A stretch of 64,000 nt of DNA from Octopus vulgaris. Its lineage: Eukaryota. Position 1 is the stretch's first letter, and each line of letters opens with the position of its first letter. Of this stretch, positions 52,401 to 64,000 are shown piece after piece. Position numbers and translations under genes: made by a program. The notes under the pieces were generated by a model. The model was given only the letters and a program-made list of their open reading frames with translations, had not been told where the DNA came from and did no database searches. Location: contig OX597833.1 of the NCBI GenBank assembly GCA_951406725.2, forward strand, positions 6,944,001 through 7,008,000, in the 5' to 3' direction.

Positions 52401-52978
52401 TTAATGAAGCTATAAATAAAGCATGTAGAATACTGAACTTAAAAAGGTTCCTTTGGCTGGGAAAAGTCGAAGGTTGCACGTGGGACGCGAACCCATATCT
52501 TCTACAAAAATGACAGACGTTTTATTATTGTACCAAAGTACACTTTCGAGTCCATTTTACCACTTATTATCAACACCCTACTGTGGTGTGTGTGTGTGTG
52601 TGTGGGTGTATGTGTGTGTCTGCATGCATGTATGTGTGTATGTACGTACGTATGTATGTATTTCGATGAGAAATCAAAGGAGCACTGTTCGTATGCTTTG
52701 TGATGTGTCCTCTCTCAACCGCTACTGTAACGGCTGCTGCTCCTCTCAACCAACAACAATGCTGCATACCATAGTGGTGATTATCGTGGTGGTAGTCATG
52801 ACGACGACGACGACGATGATGATGATGATGATTGGGGTAGTGATGTGCTTGCTGTCATACATTTTGTTGTAAACCAGTTTCAACACAATGTATTTATATA
52901 TACAACACTATATATGCATATTATATATACTTACATTCATACATATGTGTGTGTGTGTGTGTGTGTATTACAAGAGGC

Positions 52979-53010
<32 letters not shown>

Positions 53011-53460
53011 AGATAGACGAGAGAGAGACGAGATTTATACAAAGAAATATGAATTGCTCTCCCCGTCTGAGAGGAGTAGTATGAGATGATGGACTAATTG
53101 ACGTCCATTTATCTTTCCCCCCCTCCTTCCCCCGCATAGTCGTGACTTCACTCTTACCATCGCTCACATCCGCTCATCTTCGTTAATTACACCTTACCCC
53201 CACCCCCCGCTCACCCACCCTCCATTTTCCTTGCTTCCACACCTCACTCTATATCACTGTACAATCTCTACCGTTTTCTGCTACACCACAACACCTGTCC
53301 CCACCCCCACGCTTTCTTCCTGCTCCCTCTCTCTTCCCTCTCCCTTCCTCCCCCTCTCTCTTTGTCTCTTTCTCTCTCTCTCCCTAATTACCTTTCATTG
53401 ATAAATTGTTCAATTATTCGACTTTATTTGCACAACAAACTTTCTGTCCGTCTGTCTATC

Positions 53461-53491
<31 letters not shown>

Positions 53492-53777
53492 ACACATACA
53501 CACACACACACACACATGTAGGTAGAAAAAGCATTAGGGATCTATACAAATAAAATTCTTATATATAAAAGACGGAGGTGGAAACAGCAGAGAAATGAAT
53601 TCCTTCTTAAATTTCAATTTAAGAAGGAATTTAATAAAATTAATTAAAGATCATATGAAGAAAAATATAGAATACTATCAAATAGTATACATAAAGAGAG
53701 AAAGAGAGAGACAGACAGACAGACGGACGGACGGACGGACGGACGGACGGACGGACGGACGGACGGACGGACGGACG

Positions 53778-53868
<91 letters not shown>

Positions 53869-54220
53869 GGACGGACGGACGGACGGACGGACAGAGAGGT
53901 AGACAGTTCCGAACTGCTCCCGCCGACCCCCTCAGGGCAATGGTGTATATCCTTCGCACGTGTCCAAGCGAGGAGTCCTTTACGGCCCGATTGAAAATCC
54001 AGTTTGGAAGAATGCACAACGGTGGCACCACTGCTGTTGAGCTCTTTGACTAAATTTAAGGCCCAAATTTAAAACAAAGAATTGGGGGTTGATAATTAAG
54101 GAGCCATAATAGAGAAGCTAGTGGCCCCGGAACAGGCATATGAAAAGATGGGATGAGAAAGTGGTTATTTGACTCCTACCTTCATCATTACACACACACA
54201 CACATACACATACTCACACG

Positions 54221-54256
<36 letters not shown>

Positions 54257-54585
54257 AACTCACACACACACACACACACACACATACATACATCTCTATT
54301 TCTCGCTGTTTATATATGTGTATGTGTATATATTTGTGTGCCTGTATACACGTATGCGTGTGTTTATGTGCGCGCGTGTCTTTGTGTTTGTCTAACCCAA
54401 AACGCTTGAATGCCGGTGTTGTTTTGTTTGTGTTCCTCGCATTAAAAAAACAACGATAAGAATAAGTGCCACACTTAAAGAAGTAAGTAGTCGCACCGAC
54501 TTGAGCGCCAAACCCTTCCAGGCAGGCAGTGCTCCAGCATGGCCGCAGCGCAAAGACTGAAATAAAAAGAAATAAATGTATACGT

Positions 54586-54696
<111 letters not shown>

Positions 54697-54731
54697 CGAA
54701 ACTATATTTATATGACGTTTGTATATGTCTG

Positions 54732-54811
<80 letters not shown>

Positions 54812-55010
54812 CCTTTGATCTATGTATTTATCTGTCTGTCTATCTCAGTACGTATTAGACACACGCACATACACAAACACTTATATATGCGTATATGTAA
54901 GCACGTATATAAGTACGTGTGTGTGTGTGTTTATGTGTGTGTGTTTATGCGTGTGTTAGTGTGTGTGTGTGCCTGAGTACGCGTGTCTTGCTAACCTCGC
55001 CTTCGTCCTC

Positions 55011-55089
55011 ATTGGCTGAATGGCGAAAGACCAACTTCGTTTGATTGACAGCACAAGCACGCACCGACTGATAGCTAAGCCACGCCCCC
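55011..55089. promoter_or_regulatory. CCAAT box, PBX/MEIS-PREP decamer and Sp/KLF site cluster
   Basis: ATTGG 55011-55015, TGATTGACAG 55042-55051 and GCCACGCCCCC 55079-55089, in a small unique island. Confidence 0.4.
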
Positions 55090-55511
55090 TTTGTTGCCTC
55101 ATCATCTTCCGTCAACTTTCTTCTTCTTCTTCTTCCTCTTCTTCTCCTTTGTATGTACACACACACACACACACACATACATACACACATACACACATAT
55201 ACACACATATGCACACACACACTCTCTCTCTCTCTCTCTTACAGATAATAGTTGTGACAAGAAGTGTGCCAACTAGGTGTATATATATATATATATATAT
55301 TATGTATGTATGTATGTATGTATGTATATGTATGTATGAGCATACGCAGAAGCAGATATATATATATATATAATTGTATACGTTTGTGTGTGTGTGTACT
55401 TACATACAGACGCACATGCACGCGCACGTATGTGTGAGTATATATATATATATTTAGCCCCTTGTGGGCAATAAAGAAATATATATATATATATATATGT
55501 ATATATATGTA

Positions 55512-55577
55512 TAAATCTTTAAATCCTTAAAGATGTTTTAGCCCGAAGGCCGCGGCCATGCTGGGGCACCACCGCTG
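55512..55577 (-). mobile_element. Solo 3' tail of a CR1-like LINE (tail type B)
   Basis: The reverse complement is nearly identical to 2755-2822. Confidence 0.8.
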
Positions 55578-55704
55578 TATGTATATATGTATATATACAC
55601 ACACACACACACACGTGTATATATATTCACACGTATGTGCGTATGACAAACACCGCTTACATTGGAAGTTTGTATGTATGTATGTATGGATGGATGGACG
55701 GACG

Positions 55705-55749
<45 letters not shown>

Positions 55750-56029
55750 TGTGTGCTTATTAAGTAATATATGAAGTAGTTATGTGTATGAATTTGATTT
55801 CATATACTCGGGCAATAGTTGCGTGTGTGAATATGTGAGAAGTGGGGGGGGGTATGTGTGTAGATGAGTGTGCGTGCGTGTATTGGTCTGTGTGTGTGTG
55901 TGTACGTGTGTGGATGTAAGCGTGTTTGTTTGTAGGAAGAGAAAGAGCAGGAGGGGGTGCAACGGATTGGTCGATAGACATAGACACGCGTATAGACAGA
56001 CAGACAGACAGATATATAAATATATATAT

Positions 56030-56144
56030 AGGAATGGCTGTGTGGTAAGTAGGTTGTTGGGCAAGTGTCTTCTACTATAGCCCCAGGCCAACCAAAGCCT
56101 TGTGAGTGGATTTGGTAGACGGAAACTGAAAGAAGCCTGTCATA

Positions 56145-56227
<83 letters not shown>

Positions 56228-56425
56228 ATTTGTGTGTCTGTGTTTGTCCCCCTAGCATTGCTTGACAACCGATGCTGGTGTGTTTACGTCCCCGTCACTT
56301 AGCGGTTCGGCAAAAGACCGATAAAATAAGTACTGGGCTTACAAAAGAATAAGTCCCGGGGTCGATTTGCTCGACTAAAGGCGGTGCTCCAGCATGGCCG
56401 CAGTCAAATGACTGAAACCAGAAAG
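56030..56425 (+). mobile_element. SINE family A with a deletion in the head and an expanded internal (TA)n
   Basis: Colinear with family A. Confidence 0.88.
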
Positions 56426-56429
56426 AGAG

Positions 56430-56487
<58 letters not shown>

Positions 56488-56496
56488 GATAGATAT

Positions 56497-56577
<81 letters not shown>

Positions 56578-56578
56578 C

Positions 56579-56612
<34 letters not shown>

Positions 56613-56653
56613 TAGATAGACAGACAGAAAGAGAGACAGACAGATAGGCAGAC

Positions 56654-56684
<31 letters not shown>

Positions 56685-56721
56685 CAGACAGAAAGAGAGA
56701 CAGACAAGCAGGCAGACTGAC

Positions 56722-56756
<35 letters not shown>

Positions 56757-57374
56757 TGTGTTCGAGTATGTGTCAATGACAGGCTTACACACACAGACAC
56801 ACATAGAGACACACACAAACACACAAACATACACACTCACACACGCACGCACACACACCACAGACTCACGTTGAATCCGGTACCTATAGGTGGAGCTAGC
56901 TGTCCCCTATCACCACCACCATCACATCCTAAATCTTGTTGCTTTAATTTTCATTTAATATCTACACCACCACCACCTCTCCTCACCGCCCCCAACAGTT
57001 CCTTCGCGCTTTTTGCTTAATATCGGATCCCTGTATTATAGGATCGACAGCGGCGGCGGTGGTGGTGGTTTGGTGGTGGTGGTGGTGGTGGTGGTGGTGG
57101 TGGTGGCGGCGGTGGTGGTGGTGGTGGTGGTAATGGCGGTGGTGGTGGTGGTAATGGCAGTGGTGATGTGACGATGGTGTTACTGTATAATGATTATCCA
57201 CATCAGATGCTGCTTCGGGTGGCCCAGGAGGCAAGGGTGTTGAGAAGTAATAACACATAGGTCGTGGTTTCAAATCCCTTCCAGAAATTACAAGAAAATT
57301 TTCAAGGCGGTGCCCCAGCATGGCTACAAGTAAAATATAAAAGATTAGTAGTAGTAGTAGTGGTAGTGGTAGTG

Positions 57375-57447
<73 letters not shown>

Positions 57448-57597
57448 TAGTAGTAGTATAGTAGTAGCAGCAGCAGCAGCAGCGGTTCTGAATACTGATG
57501 AAGAGTGGGCAAATCACCATATTTCATAAGATCCAAACCTCTTTTGATTTCTCGTTAATGAAGAGGTGAGAATAAAAGAAGTTCCTGAATGAAGATA

Positions 57598-57985
57598 CAG
57601 GCGTAGCTGTGGGGTAGGAAGCTTGCTTCCTGAACATATCATTCCGGGTTCAGTTCCACTGCGTGGTACCTTGGACAAGCGTCTTTTACTATACCCTCGG
57701 GCCAACCAAAGCCTTGTGAATGTTTTTGGTAGACGGAAACTGAAAGACTGTCGTGTGTCTGTGTATGTCTGTTTTTGTTTGCAACACCACCACCGCTTGA
57801 AACGAAACCGGTGTTGGTGTGTTTACGTTCCTGTAACTTAGCGGTTCGGCAAAGCAGAATGAAAAAATACATAGCATGTTTAAAAAGAAATAAGTACTGC
57901 GGCTGATTCATTTGAATAAACATTTTTCAAAGCGGTGCTCCAGCATGGCCGCAGTCTAATGACTGAAACAAGAAAGATAGAAGAA
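57598..57985 (+). mobile_element. Older SINE family A copy
   Basis: Colinear with family A, more diverged. Confidence 0.82.
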
Positions 57986-58426
57986 AATATTTTGGGTCTG
58001 GTCATTTCAAGGACGACTGCTCCAAAAGGCCATCGTGGGGTCGCTTATATTTCTGATATTTCAGGCTCTTTGTTTTAAGTCCTCAAAATTCAGCGCCTCT
58101 ACAGAAACTCTTGTTCGTTCGAGAGGAAATAATGGACGTAGACCGATGTTCCATCTTTCATCATAAAGTGGGCCGCAAAGTGTATTGAAAATGTGTATCA
58201 CAGATTGGCCTGTCTTGTGTTGGGAGACGCTGTGAAAGTTCATAGGGAAGAGATCAACCAACGTAGAGGGCAGCGCAGAGTTTGTATGTGGAAAATAAGG
58301 GTAGAGGAACATGGCAAAGCTGTGACACGAGGAGATATTTTTTACAAAATGGCGGCCTCTGATCACCATGTGCTTTTTAAGCTCCAAGAAAATCGCCAAG
58401 AAATTTCTGAGAAGCTGCGAACGCTA

Positions 58427-59589
58427 TTATAAATAAAAGTCAAGTTGTGTGTCTGTCTCCTACGATTTAGATTCCTAACTACTCCCACATTTTGCGGTGC
58501 AGTTTAACCAAAACCGGGTATCTTATAGTCGTGATTCATATCGAGCCCTTCTGGGTATTAGCGCGCGTCTACGATGGGTCTACGATTTAAAAAGTAATTC
58601 ACCATCATTTTTTTCCATTTTAATGCATTTTTCGCTATTATATAAGGGAAGTAACTCTCTAAAAATGTCTACGATGAGTCAACGATTTTTTTTTAAAATT
58701 ACCATAATTTTTTTCCTATTTTTAATGCATTTTTTTGCTATTTTTTGGCTATAACTCTCTAAAAATGCTTATATAGTTATTTCCCTTACAAACCCGAGCA
58801 ACGCCGGGCGATACTGCTAGTTATAAATAAATGTCAAGTTGTGTGTCTGTCTCCTACGATTTAGATTCCTAACTACTCCCACATTTTGCGGTGCAGTTTA
58901 ATCAAAACCGGGTATTTTATAGTCGTGATTCATATCGAGCCCTTCTGAAATTAACGCGCGTCTACGATGAGTCTACGATTTTTAAAATAATTTACCATAT
59001 TTTTTTTCTATTTTAATGCATTTTTTCGCTATTATATAAGGGAAGTAACTCTCTAAAAATGTCTACGATGAGTCAACGATTTAAAAAAAAATTTACCATC
59101 ATTTCTTTTCCATTTTTTTTTGCTATTTTTTGGCTATAACTCTCTAAAAATGCTTATATAGTTATTTCCCTTACAAACCCGAGCAACGCCGGGCGATACT
59201 GCTAGTTATAAATAAATGTCAAGTTGTGTGTCTGTCTCCTACGATTTAGATTCCTAACTACTCCCACATTTTGCGGTGCAGTTTAATCAAAACCGGGTAT
59301 TTTATAGTCGTGATTCATATCGAGCCCTTCTGAAATTAACGCGCGTCTACGATGAGTCTACGATTTTTAAAATAATTTACCATATTTTTTTTTCTATTTT
59401 AATGCATTTTTTCGCTATTATATAAGGGAAGTAACTCTCTAAAAATGTCTACGATGAGTCAACGATTTAAAAAAAAATTTACCATCATTTCTTTTCCATT
59501 TTTTTGCTATTTTTTGGCTATAACTCTCTAAAAATGCTTATATAGTTATTTCCCTTACAAACCCGAGCAACGCCGGGCGATACTGCTAG
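58427..59589 (+). mobile_element. Head-to-tail array of three non-autonomous Helitrons (about 394, 385 and 384 bp)
   Basis: Each unit ends AAACCCGAGCAACGCCGGGCGATACTGCTAG (CTAG ending at 58820, 59205 and 59589) and starts TTATAAATAAA.GTCAAGTTGTG. Confidence 0.9.
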
Positions 59590-59711
59590 TTATAGATAAA
59601 ACTCAAAAAATCCTTAAATGTCTTCCTGAATGACTAAGTATTGACTCGAGGAAATATAAAGTGAAATATATTAAGCAGGAAGAATCTTTTGCGAATGTAG
59701 TAATTATAAAC

Positions 59712-60124
59712 AGTGCAGGAGTTGCTGTGTGGTAAGTAGCTTGCTTACCAACCACATGGTTCCGGGTTCAGTCCTACTGCGTGGCACCTTGGGCAAGTGT
59801 CTTTTACTATAGCCTCGGGCCGACCAATGCCTTGCGAGTGGATTTGGTAGACGGAAACTGAAAGAAGCCTGTCGTATATATGTATATATATATATATATG
59901 TGTGTTTGTGTGTCTGTGTTTGTCCCCCTAGCATTGCTTGACAACCGATGCTGGTGTGTTTACGTCCCCGTCACTTAGCGGTTCGGCAAAATAGACCGAT
60001 AGAATAAGTACTGGGCTTACAAAAGAATAAGTCCCGGGGTCGATTTGCTCGACTAAAGGCGGTGCTCCAGCATGGCCGCAGTCAAATGACTGAAATAAGT
60101 AAAAGAGAGAAAGAGTAAAAGAGT
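59712..60124 (+). mobile_element. SINE family A, full length
   Basis: Colinear with family A. Confidence 0.9.
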
Positions 60125-60207
60125 GCAAATAATGGATTTTACGAAATTTCAAGATTAACTGCGATTTTCGATCGGAACGAAAGAATAAAATAAAATAAAA
60201 TCATCAT

Positions 60208-60270
60208 ATGGCGGTGCCCCAGCATGGCCACAGCTCGTGAGCTGAAACTAGATAAAATAAAAAATAAAAT
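60208..60270 (+). mobile_element. Solo LINE 3' tail (type C)
   Basis: ATGGCGGTGCCCCAGCATGGCCACAGCTCGTGAGCTGAAACTAGATAAAATAAAA matches 25858-25915. Confidence 0.8.
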
Positions 60271-61034
60271 AATCATCCGAATAACTTTTGAATGAAAGCG
60301 TAACAAGACATATTTAAAGAAAAACCGTCTGAAATATATAGATGCGAAGAACAGAAAATATAGACACAGACGTATACAGCACATGGTATCACTTTAACGT
60401 GAAAAGAGGTTCAAAATCTTCCGCTGCCTTTGAAATACCCATCTCTTTCAAAAACTAGATAAGTTTCTGTATATATATTTATATATACATTTGTTGGATA
60501 TTGAAACAGTACCTTTAATGATTCTACAAAAAGAAAGTAACTGTCTCCTTGTCGCAAATCCGTGTTACCATGTGTTGTAGCAACCACGATCGAAAACGCG
60601 CCATTTATACTTTGTAAATGAAAACTACAAGTACATCCCGAGTTCAAGAAAAACCATAGACACAGTCTTTTCTAGAACACCCATACACACAGTTTTATAT
60701 ATCAGAACGCGCCGCAGACAAATGTATACACAAAGCGAATTTAATTCATACTTTCTTCTTCACCAACCATTGTATCCTTACATATTTCGATTGCGCATAT
60801 AATTGTATCGTTTTATACACGCACATACATTGAGGGAAGCGGGAACAGTTAACGAAAAATAAGGTACTATTTATATATTTATCTCCCTAACAAGTGCGTA
60901 CATTATAAACACACCAACCATTGACCCTTTCATCTCTTGGTTACACATATAATTGCATCTTGTATACACACATACAATGGGGAAAGCGGAAACAGTTAAC
61001 AATAACAACTACAAAAAATAACATCCTATTTATA

Positions 61035-61438
61035 GGCGCAGGAGTGACTGTGTGGTAAGTAGCTTGCTAACCAACCACATGGTTCCGGGTTCAGTCCCAC
61101 TGCGTGGCATCTTGGGCAAGTGTCTTCTGCTATAGCCCCGGGCCGGCCAATGCCTTGTGAGTGGATTTAATAGACGGAAACTGAAAGAAGCCTGTCGTAT
61201 ATATGTATATTTACATAAGTGTGTGTGTATATGTTTGTGTGTCTGCGTTTGTCCCCCTAGCATTGCTTGACAACCGATGCTGGTGTGTTTACGTCCCCGT
61301 AACTTAGCGGTTCGGCAAAAGAGACCGATAGAATAAGTATTGGGCTTACAAAAGAATAAGTTCCGGAGTCACTCGATTAAAGGCATGCTCCAGCATGGCC
61401 GCAGTCAAATGACTGAAACAAGTAAAAGAGTAAAGAGT
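61035..61438 (+). mobile_element. SINE family A, full length, with target-site duplication
   Basis: Flanked by ATCCTATTTAT (61023-61033) and ATCTTATTTAT (61439-61449). Confidence 0.9.
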
Positions 61439-61489
61439 ATCTTATTTATCTCCCTAACCACTGTGCTATATCTTTCTTTCTTTTTTTTC

Positions 61490-61899
61490 TTTTTCTACTT
61501 GTTTCAGTCATTTGACTGCGGCCATGCTGGAGCACCACCTTTCATCGAGCAACTCGACCCCGGGACTTATTCTTTGTAAGCCCAGTACTTATTCTATCGG
61601 TCTCTTTTGCCGAACCGCTAAGTAACGGGGACATAAACACACCGGCATCGGTTGTCAAGCAATGCTAGGGGAACAAACACAGACACACAAACACACACGC
61701 ACACACATATATATATCCAAGGAATGTATATATATATACATATATACGACGGGCTTCTTTCAGTTTCCGTCTACCAAATCCACTCACAAGGCTTTGGTCG
61801 GCCCGGGGCTATAGTAGAAGACACTTGCCCAAGGTGCCACGCAGTGGGACTGAACCCGGAACCATGTGGTTGGTAAGCAAGCTACTTACCACACAGCCC
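61490..61899 (-). mobile_element. SINE family A, near full length
   Basis: Reverse complement of family A, lacking the first ~10 nt. Confidence 0.9.
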
Positions 61900-61929
61900 T
61901 TTTTTTTCTTTCTTTGTTTACCTTGCACT

Positions 61930-62436
61930 ATGGTACGGATGGGCAGACAGAACAAAACTGTCACGGTATCATCCGTGGATGAGCCGTGCGACAAAACTGG
62001 TCGCTGTCCTAAAATAGAACGTTGCCCGGCAAATCACATCTGTCATCTATGCACAAAACTCGAAAATTCCTTCCGAAATAGATGGGTTGAATGCAGTAAA
62101 TGTCGTGTTTCGATCTGCTTTCAATGTGCCACAAACTTTCAGAAGATCCCAGGTCAAAAGAAAGGACACCATACTTCTATGATGGATAAACTCTGGGAAA
62201 TGGTCCAGCTACCAAACTGGTCGTTTCAGTGCCTGACTTGTGTGTCCCCTGCCACCATTGCTGCTGAACAGCAAAAACCGACTACTTTGTCTCCCAAAAC
62301 CAGTCCTGTTGTTGAAGAACAACAGCAAAAACTGAAGCCGCCCGTGTCTTCCTCCCCTGTCACTCTTCAACAGCAGCAACAAAAATCGGCCATTCATGTT
62401 GAAGAACATCAACAGAAACAGAAACTTAAGCCGCTG
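61930..62436 (+). pseudogene. PHD-finger-like ORF fragment, probably the N-terminus of a LINE ORF1
   Basis: ATG at 61930; CHLC..WVECSKC..ICFQC..WSFQCLTC has PHD-like spacing with Cys in place of His; followed by a Q/P/S-rich linker that runs into (TTG)/(TTA)n. Confidence 0.55.
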
Positions 62437-62445
62437 TCGTTGTTG

Positions 62446-62511
<66 letters not shown>

Positions 62512-62912
62512 TGATAAATCGGGTATAGCTGATGATGTATGGAAAAATGGAGATCTTCTCCCCCCGTGGGATGAAGTTAAAGTAATAGACAGAGAACACC
62601 ACTGGAAAATACGAAAACTAAAAGCACATATGCTAGGACACAACAACCTCCTACGCAGACCAAGTGCAGATGTGAGCAGCATATGGGAACCGGTATTAAG
62701 GAAGGATAGGAGAATATTAGATTTATAAGCCCAAAAAATTCACTCCATAATTGCCCACGGTCATATTGGCATAGTGCTTAAGAGCGCGGGCTACTAACCC
62801 CAAAATTCCGAGTTCGATCCTTGGCAGTGACCTGAATAATAACAACAACAACATCGAAATTTCCCCCAAGACACCTGGACAAATATCCGTCAAATGTAAA
62901 TAATGTAAATAA
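62512..62912 (+). mobile_element. Penelope-like element 3' fragment: GIY-YIG C-terminus plus terminal region with a tRNA-like module
   Basis: DKSGIADDVW..WDEVKVIDREHHWKIRKLK..IWEPVL..* resembles PLE endonuclease C-termini. It is followed by the tRNA-like 62759-62833 and by sequence homologous to 14283-14466. Confidence 0.8.
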
Positions 62913-62999
62913 GTTTTTTGGTGGATGTACTGCTGAAGTTATGGGAGATATTGGACTAGGATTTGGCGTTGTTAATGCAAGAAATGGTTTCTGATTTAG

Positions 63000-63185
63000 G
63001 TACAAGACCAGATATTTTGAGGGGATGGGTTAGTCAGGACCCTCGAATACCCTATTAGACTTCCACATCATTGTATCGACCTCGGTAGGATGAAAGGCAA
63101 AGCTGACCACAGCAGGATTTGAACTCAGAACGTAGAGACCCAGAATTGACATGGCAAAGCATTTTCTGACACTCTATCGATTCCC
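63000..63185 (-). mobile_element. Diverged SINE family C
   Basis: TCGACCTCGGTAGGATGAAAGGCAAAGCTGACC..ATTTGAACTCAGAACGTA. Confidence 0.7.
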
Positions 63186-63195
63186 CTAATACAAC

Positions 63196-63412
63196 AACCC
63201 TTTTGATAACAACCTGCCTATGACCGCTCCTGGTTCTACAGTTCAAACCTCCCGTTTTAAAGTGTTCTAAATTAAAACCTGTCATCAAAAATTCACCTCA
63301 ATTTTAAGTTCCATTCACCAAATTAATAATGAGAGAGTTAAGTGATTAAATTCTTCATTGTCTTGAAAATTAACTGAAACAAAAGCAGCGGGAAAATGGT
63401 AACAAAAGTCTC
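63196..63412. mobile_element. Possible decayed MITE (piggyBac-like CCC end)
   Basis: AACCCTTTTGATAAC at the left versus GGTAACAAAAGT at the right; AT-rich interior. Confidence 0.3.
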
Positions 63413-63837
63413 CGACGCTTGCAGCGAAGGTGCTTGAAATATCTGGTTTGAAGCGATCTCACTTACGTTTTGCCTACATGAATAATTTCGCTTGAAGACA
63501 GTGAGAGAGAAGTGGATAGAATTACATTCAGACAGAACTAAATCGAATGTTTTGATTATCACAACACTTTAAACGATGTGAATGGGAATTTATAAAATAA
63601 ATGGGGGATCGTTGATGAGACATGAATAGGCGTCGAAACTATTGAGTTCGTTCGCTAAATCTGAAGATCAAGGCGAAAGCATGTGATGTAAACACATTGT
63701 TTATTTATGTATATTTGCTAAAAATACATATTCGTCAGGTAAACCCTGCATTTCAAACCGTGTCAAAGAAAAGGGGTAAAAAAGTCAGTGTACTTGTTAA
63801 TATGTGGGTGGGAGGAGAATGTCAGAAGGATATACAG

Positions 63838-63888
<51 letters not shown>

Positions 63889-63919
63889 CAAGGATGTAAA
63901 CAGTGATAGATATATAAAA

Positions 63920-63968
<49 letters not shown>

Positions 63969-64000
63969 TAGTTAGATAGATAGATAGATAGATAGATAGA

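Noticed and set aside
56865-56930. Possible minus-strand exon ending AAC|GTGAGT
   Set aside because: The upstream acceptor lacks a polypyrimidine tract.

Overview
Eukaryotic, AT-rich, extremely microsatellite-dense DNA with long (TA)n, (CA)n, (TATG)n, (GATA)n, (GA)n, (TAA)n and (CAC)n tracts. The repeat families look like those of a cephalopod (Octopus-type) genome; this is an inference from repeat character. Almost all ORFs in the supplied track are simple-repeat translations, and I see no convincing intact host protein-coding gene. The window is a patchwork of mobile elements: at least four tRNA-derived SINE families, truncated LINEs (CR1-like, RTE-like, R4/Dong-like, HERO-like, and a PHD-finger ORF1-like fragment), non-autonomous Helitrons including a 3-unit tandem array, and several Penelope-like element (PLE) terminal fragments carrying minimal hammerhead ribozymes. 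Best leads: (1) a perfect 132-bp-arm palindrome whose arms each encode a minimal hammerhead fold with a compensatory G3:C8 core swap; (2) a PLE terminus carrying a tRNA-like cloverleaf next to a hammerhead; (3) a two-hairpin 3' tail shared, with covariation, by SINEs and CR1-like LINEs; (4) a candidate spliced minus-strand non-coding or long-5'UTR transcript starting at a TATA+Inr promoter near 47.7 kb, with several enhancer-like motif clusters elsewhere in the window; (5) a 269-bp segment built from three palindromes with 10-nt spacers. All calls were made by eye; TE boundaries are approximate unless exact termini are quoted.
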